A stretch of DNA of 64,000 nucleotides from Vermamoeba vermiformis (taxonomy: Eukaryota): positions 434,001 through 498,000 of the forward strand of contig JBEWZL010000179.1 of the NCBI GenBank assembly GCA_045837725.1, read 5' to 3'. The notes under the pieces are model-generated. The model was not told the origin of the DNA. It saw nothing but the letters and a program-made list of their open reading frames with translations, and did no database searches. A program made the position numbers and the translations under genes. Below are positions 53,562 through 64,000 of this stretch, piece by piece. How positions within the stretch are numbered: the stretch's first letter is position 1; every line of letters begins with the position of its first letter.

Positions 53562-53967
53562 AGCTTTTTTCGTGTACGTTAAGGTGGATAAGACGTGTTC
53601 TTCTTCGGATCAGTTCTGTTCAAATTGAGAGCAAAGGAAAAATTGGATCTTCTTGCTTATTTTGGAAAATCAATGAAATATCGCCTTCTCGTCTTCGCAA
53701 TGATTCTATGGTTTAAATTATCGTGCCGTAGAGCACACCGATGCTCAGTGCTCCATCCTAAGACAATACTTAATGTTAATTAATGAATCTGCGTGCTTCA
53801 TCCGGACGGAGCGGATAAATTGTGAGACCGTTGTTACAGTTAGTACAAAGGTTTATTGCACAAAATTGAAACGCCATAAATACAAGTGTTAAGGTGATAT
53901 ATATTAAAAAGGGGTGAGAAATAAATAAAACATCGCCGATCTTTCGATCTTCTTTTGTTTGCTGTTT

Positions 53968-55540
53968 TTACTGCATCTTCTTGTTCATTTTTCTTTCTCT
54001 ATATTTTACATCTGTTCCGAAGACCCAGTCCCAAACAATAAATGATGAGGCATAGTTGCCACTCTAAAAATATCAATTAGTACCGGATCTATTTTGGCTT
54101 GTGAATTGACTTGGGACAGAACCCGAAGACTCAATATTATATATTATCGAATAATACTCCATATTGATGTTATTTTGATTGTCGGGTCGAGTGTCAAAGC
54201 ATTACTAGCGTGATACTTACGAAAGTCTCGTGATGATAATCATGAAACTCGGCGCCGCCCCAGAAGGGAATGAAGTGACGGGGACTCCAAGGGAAATCAT
54301 AGCCGCAGTGAGCTTCGACAGTTTGGAAAAGACGGACGATAAGCCAGACCAAGACGGTGAAATAGTGGCGGGTCAACAATAAGGGACCAATAACAGTTCC
54401 CACTCCCAAGACCATAGTCTCAATAGGATGAGCATATTCCGCGGCGAAGCCAAAAGGAGCTTAAGTGAATAAAAAGTTAATATCTGAAACAAATATCTTT
54501 GGCGGCGCTATTCGTCAATTCACCGATTAATTAATCCAGTGAAATATTATTAAATTTTAAGACCATATTATAAGGTTCGGAGATATAATGGCTGCGTTTC
54601 AGTATTATTTTTCGATTTTTGTGAAGCAAATTATGGTCTGAAAAAATTTTCCTGCTTGTGACATACGCTTCACGAAATAACTTACCTGCATAGTCGTGGT
54701 GCACCTTGTGAATATGTTTGTACAAAGCGGGGTGGTGCAAAAGACGGTGAACCCAGTAAAAATAAAAGTCTTCAATAATGAATGATAGGATGCAGACTGA
54801 GATGGTATGACCCCTAAAAGGATAAATTGTTAGCCAACCGACACGAAAAAAAGAATATCGTAAATCTCGATAAATATCATTAGCCGTAATTCAAAATGAT
54901 TCACTAAATATCTCCCCGATAACAACGGATCTGAGGGGAAACTTTAAATTTTCAGCATAATCACGTCCCGACACGCGACCACGGGTCCGAGACAACTTGA
55001 TATGCTAAATAATAGTTATGCCGCTATTCAGAACTGCGGAATAGGCAAATTTAATATTTGTGATCTTGATGGGCCAACCCGGAAACGGGTCAGAATTGCA
55101 CAATTAGAAAATCGCATACCATGATGGCAAGGGCAATGACACGCGCAAGCCAAGTTGCTTCATATAAACGTCGTGGAACATAAGCATCATTGGCAGTTGG
55201 ACAAGCAGATGCGTAATGAGAACCTTCTTATAGGCCCTCCAGGTGTATTGAGAAGTATTTACAACATTCTACAGCAAAAATAGAGGTTAAATAACGTCGT
55301 AAATGTATTTTCAGAACAGCATCTACGTACTTTTTGGAGTTTGTACTTTTGAAGGGATGGGATGAAGTCCACAAAGAAGAAAGGCACGAAAAACAATAAA
55401 TAAGCAAACTCGTGAATAAGAAAAGTTCCAACAGTTGTCAGGAGCCTCTCGCTGTAGTTGTCAAAGGTGTATCCCCAGTAGTACTCGATGGTGGACGTCG
55501 GGCTGGCCAGATCGTGCAAGGTATTGTTCGCGAACTCCAT
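53968..55540 (-). CDS. ERG25: Sterol C4-methyl oxidase (ERG25/SC4MOL family)
   Basis: His boxes YWVHRLLHH, HIHKVHH, EYAHPIE, EAHCGYDFPW, FHDYHH. Confidence 0.9.
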
Positions 55541-55755
55541 CGTACGATACAGGGACTTGTGGATCTGCTAAATAAGTGAACGGGCGATAAAACAATCTTT
55601 CGGGGAGGGAATAGTTTTGCGGCACTGCGCACAGTGTCACATGCTTCGCCGCCCGTTAATCTCTGATTGGTGGGTTCGGAGATCTCCCACAGATTGTCTT
55701 TTTGTGTTTATCTTCGTCCCGATAACTTTTTCGCTATTTGTCCATAACCCTCATA

Positions 55756-58700
55756 ATGATAGGAGCCATAGTCGATCAAGTCCTCGGTTTGGTCTTCCAA
55801 ATCCTCGGCATTGCCTTCGCGCATCCGATCTTGGTCTCCCTCGGCCTTCTTGGCTTATTTTTGTATAGTACTTCGGGCAAGTATTCTAACGCTATGTCAA
55901 CGCTGTATGATCGATTTCTGACCTTATCTGATATTAGGATACTATCGGGGACGCCGTCCAGGCATCAAGGTAGATCGCCCGATCAAGTTTTATGGTAACA
56001 AACAATTTTTAACTCATTGATTCTTAGATATCCTACGATAACTTCCCTCGAAAGGATGAATTCACTGTAAGTGGAATATTTCTGAATTTTTTCTGAGCCC
56101 AACGTCAAATCGGGATGTGGCGGGCATCTTTGAGCTTGACAACACGAGTTCTGACACTATTATTTTAGGGTCAATTAATTAACTGCGTATGCCCTGCCAC
56201 CGGTGAGAAGCTCGGTACTGAGCACGCTGCCTCTAAAGAAGAGGTAAAGAGTAATCCGAAGAGATGTCGATCAAATATTTATCGGTTAACTTAAAAAGGT
56301 TGAAGAATGCGTTCGCAAGGCTCAAATCGCCCAAGAGAAATGGGCTAAGGTTAGCTTTGAAGAACGTAAAGCCGTTCTTCGTGATATCATGGAGACCGTT
56401 TTGGTCAACAAAGACGACATTTGCCGTGCTTCCTCTTTGGATACCGGCAAGACCAGTAAGTTAAATATAGATATTTAACTTAGTTAAAGAGGTTTAGATA
56501 TTTTAGAATCTTCAGTTTAGCCGCGATCACCGAGCTAACTTTTGTTATTTAGTTTTTGAAGCTATGGTCGGTGAAGTAATGATCACTTGCGAAAAGATTC
56601 GTTATACTTGTAAATATGGTGAAAGTTACCTCTCTCCTGACTACCGCAAAGTCCCTCTTATGTTGGGATTCAAATCCGCCTCCGTCCAATACTACCCACT
56701 CGGCGTTATTGGCTGCATTGTGCCTTGGGTAAGCTATTAATATCAATACTACGTATATTTACATAATACTAACCCTTTGCCCGCAGAACTATCCTTTCCA
56801 CAACTGCACCTCTGCCGTCATTTCTTCTATTTTTGCTGGTAATGCTACTATCGTCAAGTTCTCCGAATTTGCCTCATGGTCTCGTGCTTACTACCAAGAG
56901 CTCGTTCAATCCGTCTTGAAGGCTCGCGGTCACGATCCTAATCTGGTTCAATTCTTGCCTGGCTACGGTGATACTGGTGCTGCTTTGGTTCAAGCCAAGG
57001 GCGTCAGCAAGATTCTTTTCATCGGCTCTCCTGGTGTCGGCCGCAAGGTCATGGAGACTGCTGCTAAGAACTTGACTCCTGTTATCTTGGAGCTTGGAGG
57101 CAAAGATCCGTAAGTTTGCACTCGATCTTGAATTTCAATTTTGAAAACAAAATTAGCAAATTATTATGAGATTATTGCCTTGAATTATTACCGAGGATTA
57201 CAAATTTACGACTGAGTGTATCATGATTACCTTTAATCACCAAGATCGCTGAGGCAATTTAATTAAAAGGCATAATCCCATACTTTTATCGAGACCTAAT
57301 AATTTCAATATTAATATAAGTCACCCATATTTGCTAATACTAACTTATTTCTGCTGCAGTCTCATCGTTTGCGAGGATGCTGACTTCGAGTTTGCAGTTG
57401 AAGCTGCTATTCGTGGCTCCTTCTTGAACTGCGGTCAGAACTGCATTGCTGCTGAGAGAATTTACGTCCATAAGTCTGTGTATGATAAGTAAGTGGAATA
57501 TAATGATTTACCAAGCAAAGACAATTTTTGAACGTCGTAACAAAAGTTAAACCGAGAGCTAAATTAAGCCCAGATACTTTGAATTGCTATCGAGGCCTCT
57601 TTGCTCAAATTTTAAAATCGTTTCAAAATCTATTGAGATTTCGCTTAATGCAAAATTGCAAGCTCGATCTGAGTCTAATTCGATGTTTATTTCAGGTTTG
57701 TTGCTCGTGTAACCGAGAGATTGAAGACTATTCCTCAAGGTTTCGATGCTGTTGACGGTCGCGTAAACTCTTTCGGTTCTATGACCATGCCTGCTCAAGT
57801 AAGTCAAAATTCAGATCGAGATCTTCAAACGAACCCAACATTCGTTCTTTTCAAGCCCTCGTTTAGTTACTTATTACCTTTATCTTTAGCTCGAAAAGGT
57901 TGAGGGTCTCGTCAATGACGCTGTTTCCAGAGGCGCCACAGTCGCTGCTGGTGGCAAGCGCAACACTAACTACAAGGGTGGTTTGTTCTACGAGCCTACC
58001 GTCTTGACCAACGTCAATCACGAAATGAAGGTCGTCGCCGACGAGTGCTTTGGCCCTGTCATGCCTATTATCCCTTGGGAGACTGAAGAACAGTTGCTCA
58101 AGTGGGTCAACGGCACTGAATACGGTCTTTGCGCTTCTATCTTCTCCAAGAACCTCGCTCGTGCCAACCGAATCGGCAAGGCTATCATCTCTGGCATGTG
58201 CGTTGTCAACGACTTCGGTTTGCCCTATTTGATTCAAGACTGCCCCTTCGGTGGATGCAAGGTAAGATTTTTGTTACGAGCTCGATCTGAAATTTTTGTT
58301 GCGTATTTTACGGTCGTAGATGATGTGAACACTTGGTATGACCAAAAGATTGATTACATCTCACAAGTTAACCCTCCTACTCTCTGAAACAACGACCATC
58401 AAATCTCAATTTATTTTTCGTTACGTTGGATCGGCATTCGTACTAACGCTTTTTTATCCGAAAAGGTTTCTGGTTTCGGTCGCTTCAACGGTCCTGAAGG
58501 TCTTAGAGGCTTTGCTCGTGAACAAACTGTTATTACTGAGAAGTTCTACGTTCCTCCTGCTTTGAAGGCTCCTCGTCTCGTCAGCTACCCTATTCCTACT
58601 ATCTCTCCTCCTGTTATTGGGTAAGATAGTCTTATTACGTTCATATCGGTCAGGTGCTAATAGTTTGAATTATTAGACGCGCTTTGGACATGTTCTACGC

Positions 58701-58785
58701 TTGGGGCTTAGGCGCCAAGGTCGAAGCTGTTAAAGGCATTGTGTCAGTTTTGTTAAAGGGAGGCGAGCAGAAAAAGACTAAATAA
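55756..58785 (+). CDS. Aldehyde dehydrogenase, ALDH22/Msc7-like with N-terminal membrane anchor
   Basis: PLGVIGCIVPWNYPFHN, FIGSPGVG, LELGGKD, NCGQNCIAAER, ECFGPV, PFGGCKVSGFGRF. Confidence 0.9.
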
Positions 58786-58965
58786 AGAGCGGAAACAGTG
58801 CGTATCCTTATTTATTTAACCCAGTCACTTGCTTCATAATTTTGACCTTGCTGTGGATTTGGTTGGTTTTCGAGAGAAAATCGGAAGAATAACAAAGTCG
58901 ATCGAGACATTTTGGTATTCAGATTCATAAGTTTGACGCTTTAACTAAGCACCATTTATTCTAAG

Positions 58966-60559
58966 ATGTCAAAGCGGGCTAAGAGAGGAAGTGCGGCGAG
59001 TACGTGGCATCCGTGTACATAAGTCCAAACTAAAGCTTTGTGTAGCAGGCTTAACAGGCAGCCGAAGGCTATTACGACAACGAGAGGGTTATGATCTTCG
59101 TGATGTACACCCGTATGTTGAAAGTCAAAACTCGGAAGAAGAGGTGATCGAGCAACCAAAACAACGAGGTAATGTCTTTTTTGCCAAGACAAATATTGTT
59201 TACTAACACAATAATTAGGACGAAAGAGAAAGGCGGAGCGTAAGTGAAAATAGAGTAAGAGGTTTGACTAATTTTGCGCGCAGCTGAGGTTTCTGAAGAT
59301 CTGCCAAAGAAGCGATCGAAGCGAGATGGTACGATAGATTGTATGTAACACTAGCTAATATAATGATAGAAAAACGAGAGCGTGAACGCGGTGAGGATAG
59401 CCGAGAAAGAGAGACACTTATCAAACGCGGACTCGAAGCCGATCGTACCAAAGGTGAAAAAGAGAAGCTGCCTGGATACTTACGCGACACCAAATTCAAA
59501 GGATCATACGCAGATCGCTTAAGACGAAGTAAACAGGCTGAAGAAGAAGAGCCGAGTACGATTTTGCAATATTATTCTATTTAAGGTTCGACGTACTAAA
59601 ACTCGTATTAGGACGTGGTAGAACACTTAGAAGAAAGAAGGTTCGTCGTGTCACTATTCCTAAGAGGCTAATTAAGGCTGGTAAGTGATATATTGGTGTT
59701 GTACTACCTTTTCTAACCAAGATCTAGCTCGTAAAAAGAGACAACTCAAGCCGATCGAAGAGCCAGCTTCAACTAATTCAAGCATGGAAGAACTCAGCGA
59801 TCGAGAGAAGCCGACGCCTCTACAAAGAGTATTCGCGGACTACAATAGAGAGTGGTGGCAAGAGAGTCACATCGATATTTACTATGACGATCCGGATGTG
59901 ATCGAGATCAAGGCCTACTACCCTGGCATTCCTCGAGAAGATCTTTCTATTGAGCTCGAGCCTCTTGCCGACAAGAAGATGCTGACACTCACTGCAGTCA
60001 AGATCCGTGACAAAGAGAAGATAGATCAGGGCGACGATGTGCCATACTACTTCGTCGAGCGAAGTTACGGCTCTTTCGTGCGCAGCATTCCTGTGCCCTT
60101 GCATGTAGAGGCATCGCAAATATCGGCTACTTACAACCTCAAAGAGGGCTACTTGCACGTCATCATTCCACGCCCGCGCGAAGTGTCCAGAAAAACGAAG
60201 GACAAAGTCGAGATTAAGGAGCGCGAGCACGAGCAACAGCCGTCCATTACTCGTACTGTTGACGAGGGATTGGTATCTGCCGCAAGCAAATTGCAAAGCA
60301 CTGGTTTTATGGCTGCGGCAAAAGCTGGTGCAGGTGAAGCAGGTGCTGGATCCACGTCCTCACAACCAGGCTCGGATACGGCCCCGTTTACAGGTAGGTC
60401 ATTAGCGATTGCATTGATTGTTATCGGGCTAACGAGGCTGATCTTGCAGGCGTTTCTACTGAGGGTACTTCTGCCTCCAAGGAACCCGAAAATGTTCGCA
60501 AAGCCAAGGAGTTGAGTGAAGCGCCCTTGGCTACGTCTGGCTTTGCGGAAGAAAGCTAA
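58966..60559 (+). CDS. Hsp20/alpha-crystallin domain protein with long charged N-terminus
   Basis: IDIY..IEIKAYYPGIPREDLSIEL..ERSYGSFVRSIPVP..ISATYN..GYLHVIIP; N-terminal exons approximate. Confidence 0.75.
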
Positions 60560-60839
60560 AATGTTCTTGCTTCTCACTACTGAGTGGGAGATTGTTTGTT
60601 TGGATAAATAAATCGGTTCAGTTTTCTCAAACGCAGAAAGTTATTCGAACTTGTGCACAAAAGCATGCCAAGTTTCTATTTTGCCGTGACGTAATAATAG
60701 TACGACATCATGTTGTGGATTGCATTCCAACTTTGAAAGGTCGAGTGGAGTTGTCTCACGATCTGGCGCTTACTTGGATAGCATGGCAAGTGAGAAACTA
60801 TTCTTGCAAAGCGCATTAAAATGTTAACACTGTTCATGA

Positions 60840-62824
60840 ACAGGAAGCAAATCCGGCAGCGTGCTTTTCAAGCTTGCCAAAAGAAATTAAGGAAATAATT
60901 TTTTCCTATTTTACGGACGTGAGGGAAGTAATCAGGTAAGGTATTTTGAGTCATAATTATTTTTCCTATTTTTTAAAAATACATCCAGAATTCAACCAAC
61001 ATGCAAAGAGTTTCGGGCTTATATGTGGCTGTCAATCACCTCTCTAGACTTCAAGCACGTGGTAGGCTCTCAGTATGGAGACCATTTCTAGGCCCGAAGA
61101 AGTTAAAATCTTCTAACTTCGTCTTTCTTTTTTTTTTTTTTTTTTTTTTTCAAATACCAACGTGAGGAAGTTGTCCTTTGATTACAATCCTACGGAAGCC
61201 ATTAACACAGAGGATATAAGTCTTTATATGACAAAATTGACGGAAATAATCGCAACTGGAGTGAAAATAACTTGGTGGGACTCTCAGTGCAACTTTTTTA
61301 ACAAGATCCCTTCGCATGTTCGAATACGCAACATTGTATCGGCATATCCCGAAGTGTTATACCAGCCAAACTATAATACTTATGCCACCGATTATGTGGT
61401 GATAAGCAAACAAGAGATGCACCGATTTCCTAATACAACGCAAGCTGTCAGTGGATTATCATACGCTGATAAACTTGTTATTGGAAATGAAGACGGATCG
61501 ATTTGCATATTCAAGTACGACAAAGAGGCGAATAAGTTAGTAGAAGTGGCGATGAACAATACCTTACACAGTGGAAGAATTAACGAGATCACGCAAGCAG
61601 ACAACAAGATTGTGATTTCATCTTCCGTAAGTATAACTATATACACACAAGCGATTCGCTAACGCTTAGTCGAATAGGACGGCAAAGTCTCAGTGTCAGA
61701 TCTGAACGACACAGGCTTGGTGCCCGTCGATGTTGTGACATTTCCCGAGCCTATATATTTCTGCCAATATATAAATGACGAAAAGAAAACGTATATAGCT
61801 GCCGGCAAGAGCACTGTATATGTATCTATTGACGGAGATACTATGAAGCAACAAGCATACGACAGTGACATTACAGGTTAGTCGCGCACCTCAAGTTTTA
61901 GTTCTATTTTTTACTAATGGTTCCCATGGAAGGAGTGTCTTATGTGTTAGGTAAAGGCTACGCTATTTCAACAAGAAACGCGTATTATTATAGCCCTGTA
62001 ACGTTATATTTGGAGCCCGAAGAAATTGACCAATTAGTTGTCGATTGGAAAGAAACCCCAAACATGTGCCTTAGTCCTGACGGAAGGTAAATAGAATTCA
62101 AAGAGTTATAATAATCTGGTGTAGATGATATACTAATGTTGGGTTCAAAGTTTGAGAGCCACTGCTAGACAAACTGAATTTGAGTTGTACGACTACGCAA
62201 AAAATGAAAGTCTTTATTCAATCCCTGGAACGTTTGAAGAGGCACCACATTTGCAGGCATACTGTCCTGTGGATTATTGGCTTACTTTCTCAACTGGTCA
62301 TTCGATGATAACTTTGGTACGGATGTTGAGCGGCGACCTAGATCTGTTAAAGTCCAAAAAACCCGTGTACGAAAAATGGACTGATCGTGCCGAAATTATT
62401 TTTGCCGACCAAATCGATTGGTAATACTGTATTAATCATTCCTGTACCATATGGAAGGATTTTAGTCAATATGAAGATCCGGCCCAAAATCGTTCACGCA
62501 TTTTTTGGATCTTAACATCTGTTACAATGCTAACTTTTTCTTCAATAGAACCTCGAAAATCAGGAATGCATTATGTACATTTCCCCTGAGATATCCGACG
62601 ATGATCTTCGTCAGGGAAACTTCCCTACGATTCGTGCATTGTGGTACGAAAAAGGCGCGGCGGCATTATTCGCTTTGCTATCCGATAACACATTGCGCTG
62701 GTGGAAGTTCATGTTTGGTCCTGAATCTAGTGTGAAGAAAGCTGAAACATACAGACAAGCACAGGCGACCTTAGATTCAGATCCGAACGCTGAATCTGTC
62801 CAGACTGATGATAACTGGGACTAA
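60840..62824 (+). CDS. F-box protein with WD40-like C-terminal region (5' end uncertain)
   Basis: FSSLPKEIKEIIFSYF F-box; LVIGNEDGSICIF, HSGRINEI, LSDNTLRWW. Confidence 0.55.
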
Positions 62825-63093
62825 TAAACGGTTTATCTCAAATAGGAGGATACAACAATATAACCAACGCGTACTTTTGTTGCAGAGCGATGCCATGAGC
62901 GCCCTTACTAGATCCTACATTGCTAGTGTTGGTTGAGTAGCGCAGTTTACTTTCATGCGAGACGATTTTTAAAGTTTATTTTTAGCTCTGATTCCTTTGT
63001 AGAAGTTTTTTTTGCGCTTCGGAGAGGTTCTTTGGAAAGATTTTCGCGTTTTGGCACTTTATTTTCATTCGAGCATAAAACTAACAGACAACA

Positions 63094-64000
63094 ATGGATG
63101 AACCATTATTTGGAGAGCAGAAGCAAAAGGTGATTGTTAAGACACGACGTTTGATTAGAAAGATCTGGAGTATTGAAATCCGGATGGACCTACATTAGTA
63201 TTGTGCATAAAAATTGTGGTTAAAATATAACAATAATATAGGGATTATTGTAGTATTCGTGAAGTTATTAGCGCAGTTTGCTGATTATTGTATTTATTAG
63301 ACAAAAGTTGCTATTTGGGTTATTGGTTTAATCCTTGCCGCAGCTTGCTTGGTAAGTATCATTAATTAATACGCGCGTTCCAATATTAATTATTAATATG
63401 GCAGTGGCTGATTTTTCGTATTTTCAATTCTATTTATTTATTTTCGTGATCCGTTGAACTAATTATTTTTGTAGTTCACCATTGCTATCTGTATTGTATT
63501 TGGTATCACTAGATCATTTTATCAACACTTCTTCTTTGGCATAGCTATTTTATTCTCTGGTCTTATTTTATTTATTTTGGTAAGCCCGAAGATTTTTTCA
63601 ATATTGGATCGGCTAGCATAAATTACTAGCTCAATTTTCAGCCCGAATTTATTAGCATTATCGTTAAATACATAGATTATGATAATAGTCGAATAATAAG
63701 AATTTTTTACGTATTTTCTAAAGTTCGATAGAAAATTCAAGACAGATCCAATCAGCACGATAAGCGCCCATTGACAATAATTGCTAAAATTAAAAGTATC
63801 TATATTAATTATAACGTATTTAGTTCCGTTGGTACCAACAAGGAGACTTGGATCCCAAGTTCAAATTTTTGATCGGCTGCTTGATCTTCTTGATTGTCAT
63901 TTTGTGCGGTGTTGCTAATTCTTACGTTTGGATCCCCGAGCACATTGATCCTTCGTCAACATGGTACGTAATCATTTACATGCATTTGTCCTATCAAGAC
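63094..64000 (+). CDS. TMEM243: Transmembrane protein 243 homologue (3' end outside the window)
   Basis: MDEPLFGE.., three hydrophobic segments and the signature WYQQGDLDPKFKFLI..LCGVANSY. Confidence 0.8.

Noticed and set aside
61128-61150. Long poly-T run as a retroposon poly(A) tail
   Set aside because: It follows a CTAAC branch-like motif and has no TSD; more likely a polypyrimidine tract or homopolymer error, although the acceptor here is unclear

Overview
Gene-dense, AT-rich eukaryotic DNA with many short spliceosomal introns (GTAAGT/GTACGT donors, CTAAC-like branch points). The 5S rRNA, the PCTAIRE kinase and the gene content suggest an amoebozoan-like protist (inference). I can assemble about 24 intron-containing genes: zinc ADH, PhoD, P4-ATPase, two DEP-domain paralogues, a nucleotidyltransferase/RNA-ligase-like fusion, mitochondrial SSB, SKA2, a PVAAP-repeat surface protein, a large Cys-rich 7TM protein, a TPR protein, an MPG-like protein, two papain proteases, a 2OG-Fe(II) protein, a small hypothetical protein, two F-box proteins, INTS1, CDK5, ERG25, ALDH22-like, Hsp20 and TMEM243. 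The main findings are: (1) three U12-type AT-AC introns in one flippase gene plus a GT-AG U12 intron in INTS1; (2) a full-length 5S rRNA gene inside a PhoD intron; (3) an intact non-autonomous LTR retroelement with identical 108-bp LTRs, PBS, PPT and a 4-bp TSD; (4) a 158-bp fold-back TG..CA element with a 5-bp TSD and telomere-like repeats; (5) a Pol-beta NTase fused to an Rnl1-like ligase whose adenylation lysine is replaced by Gln. Exon boundaries were assembled by eye, and protein names come from recalled motifs rather than database searches.
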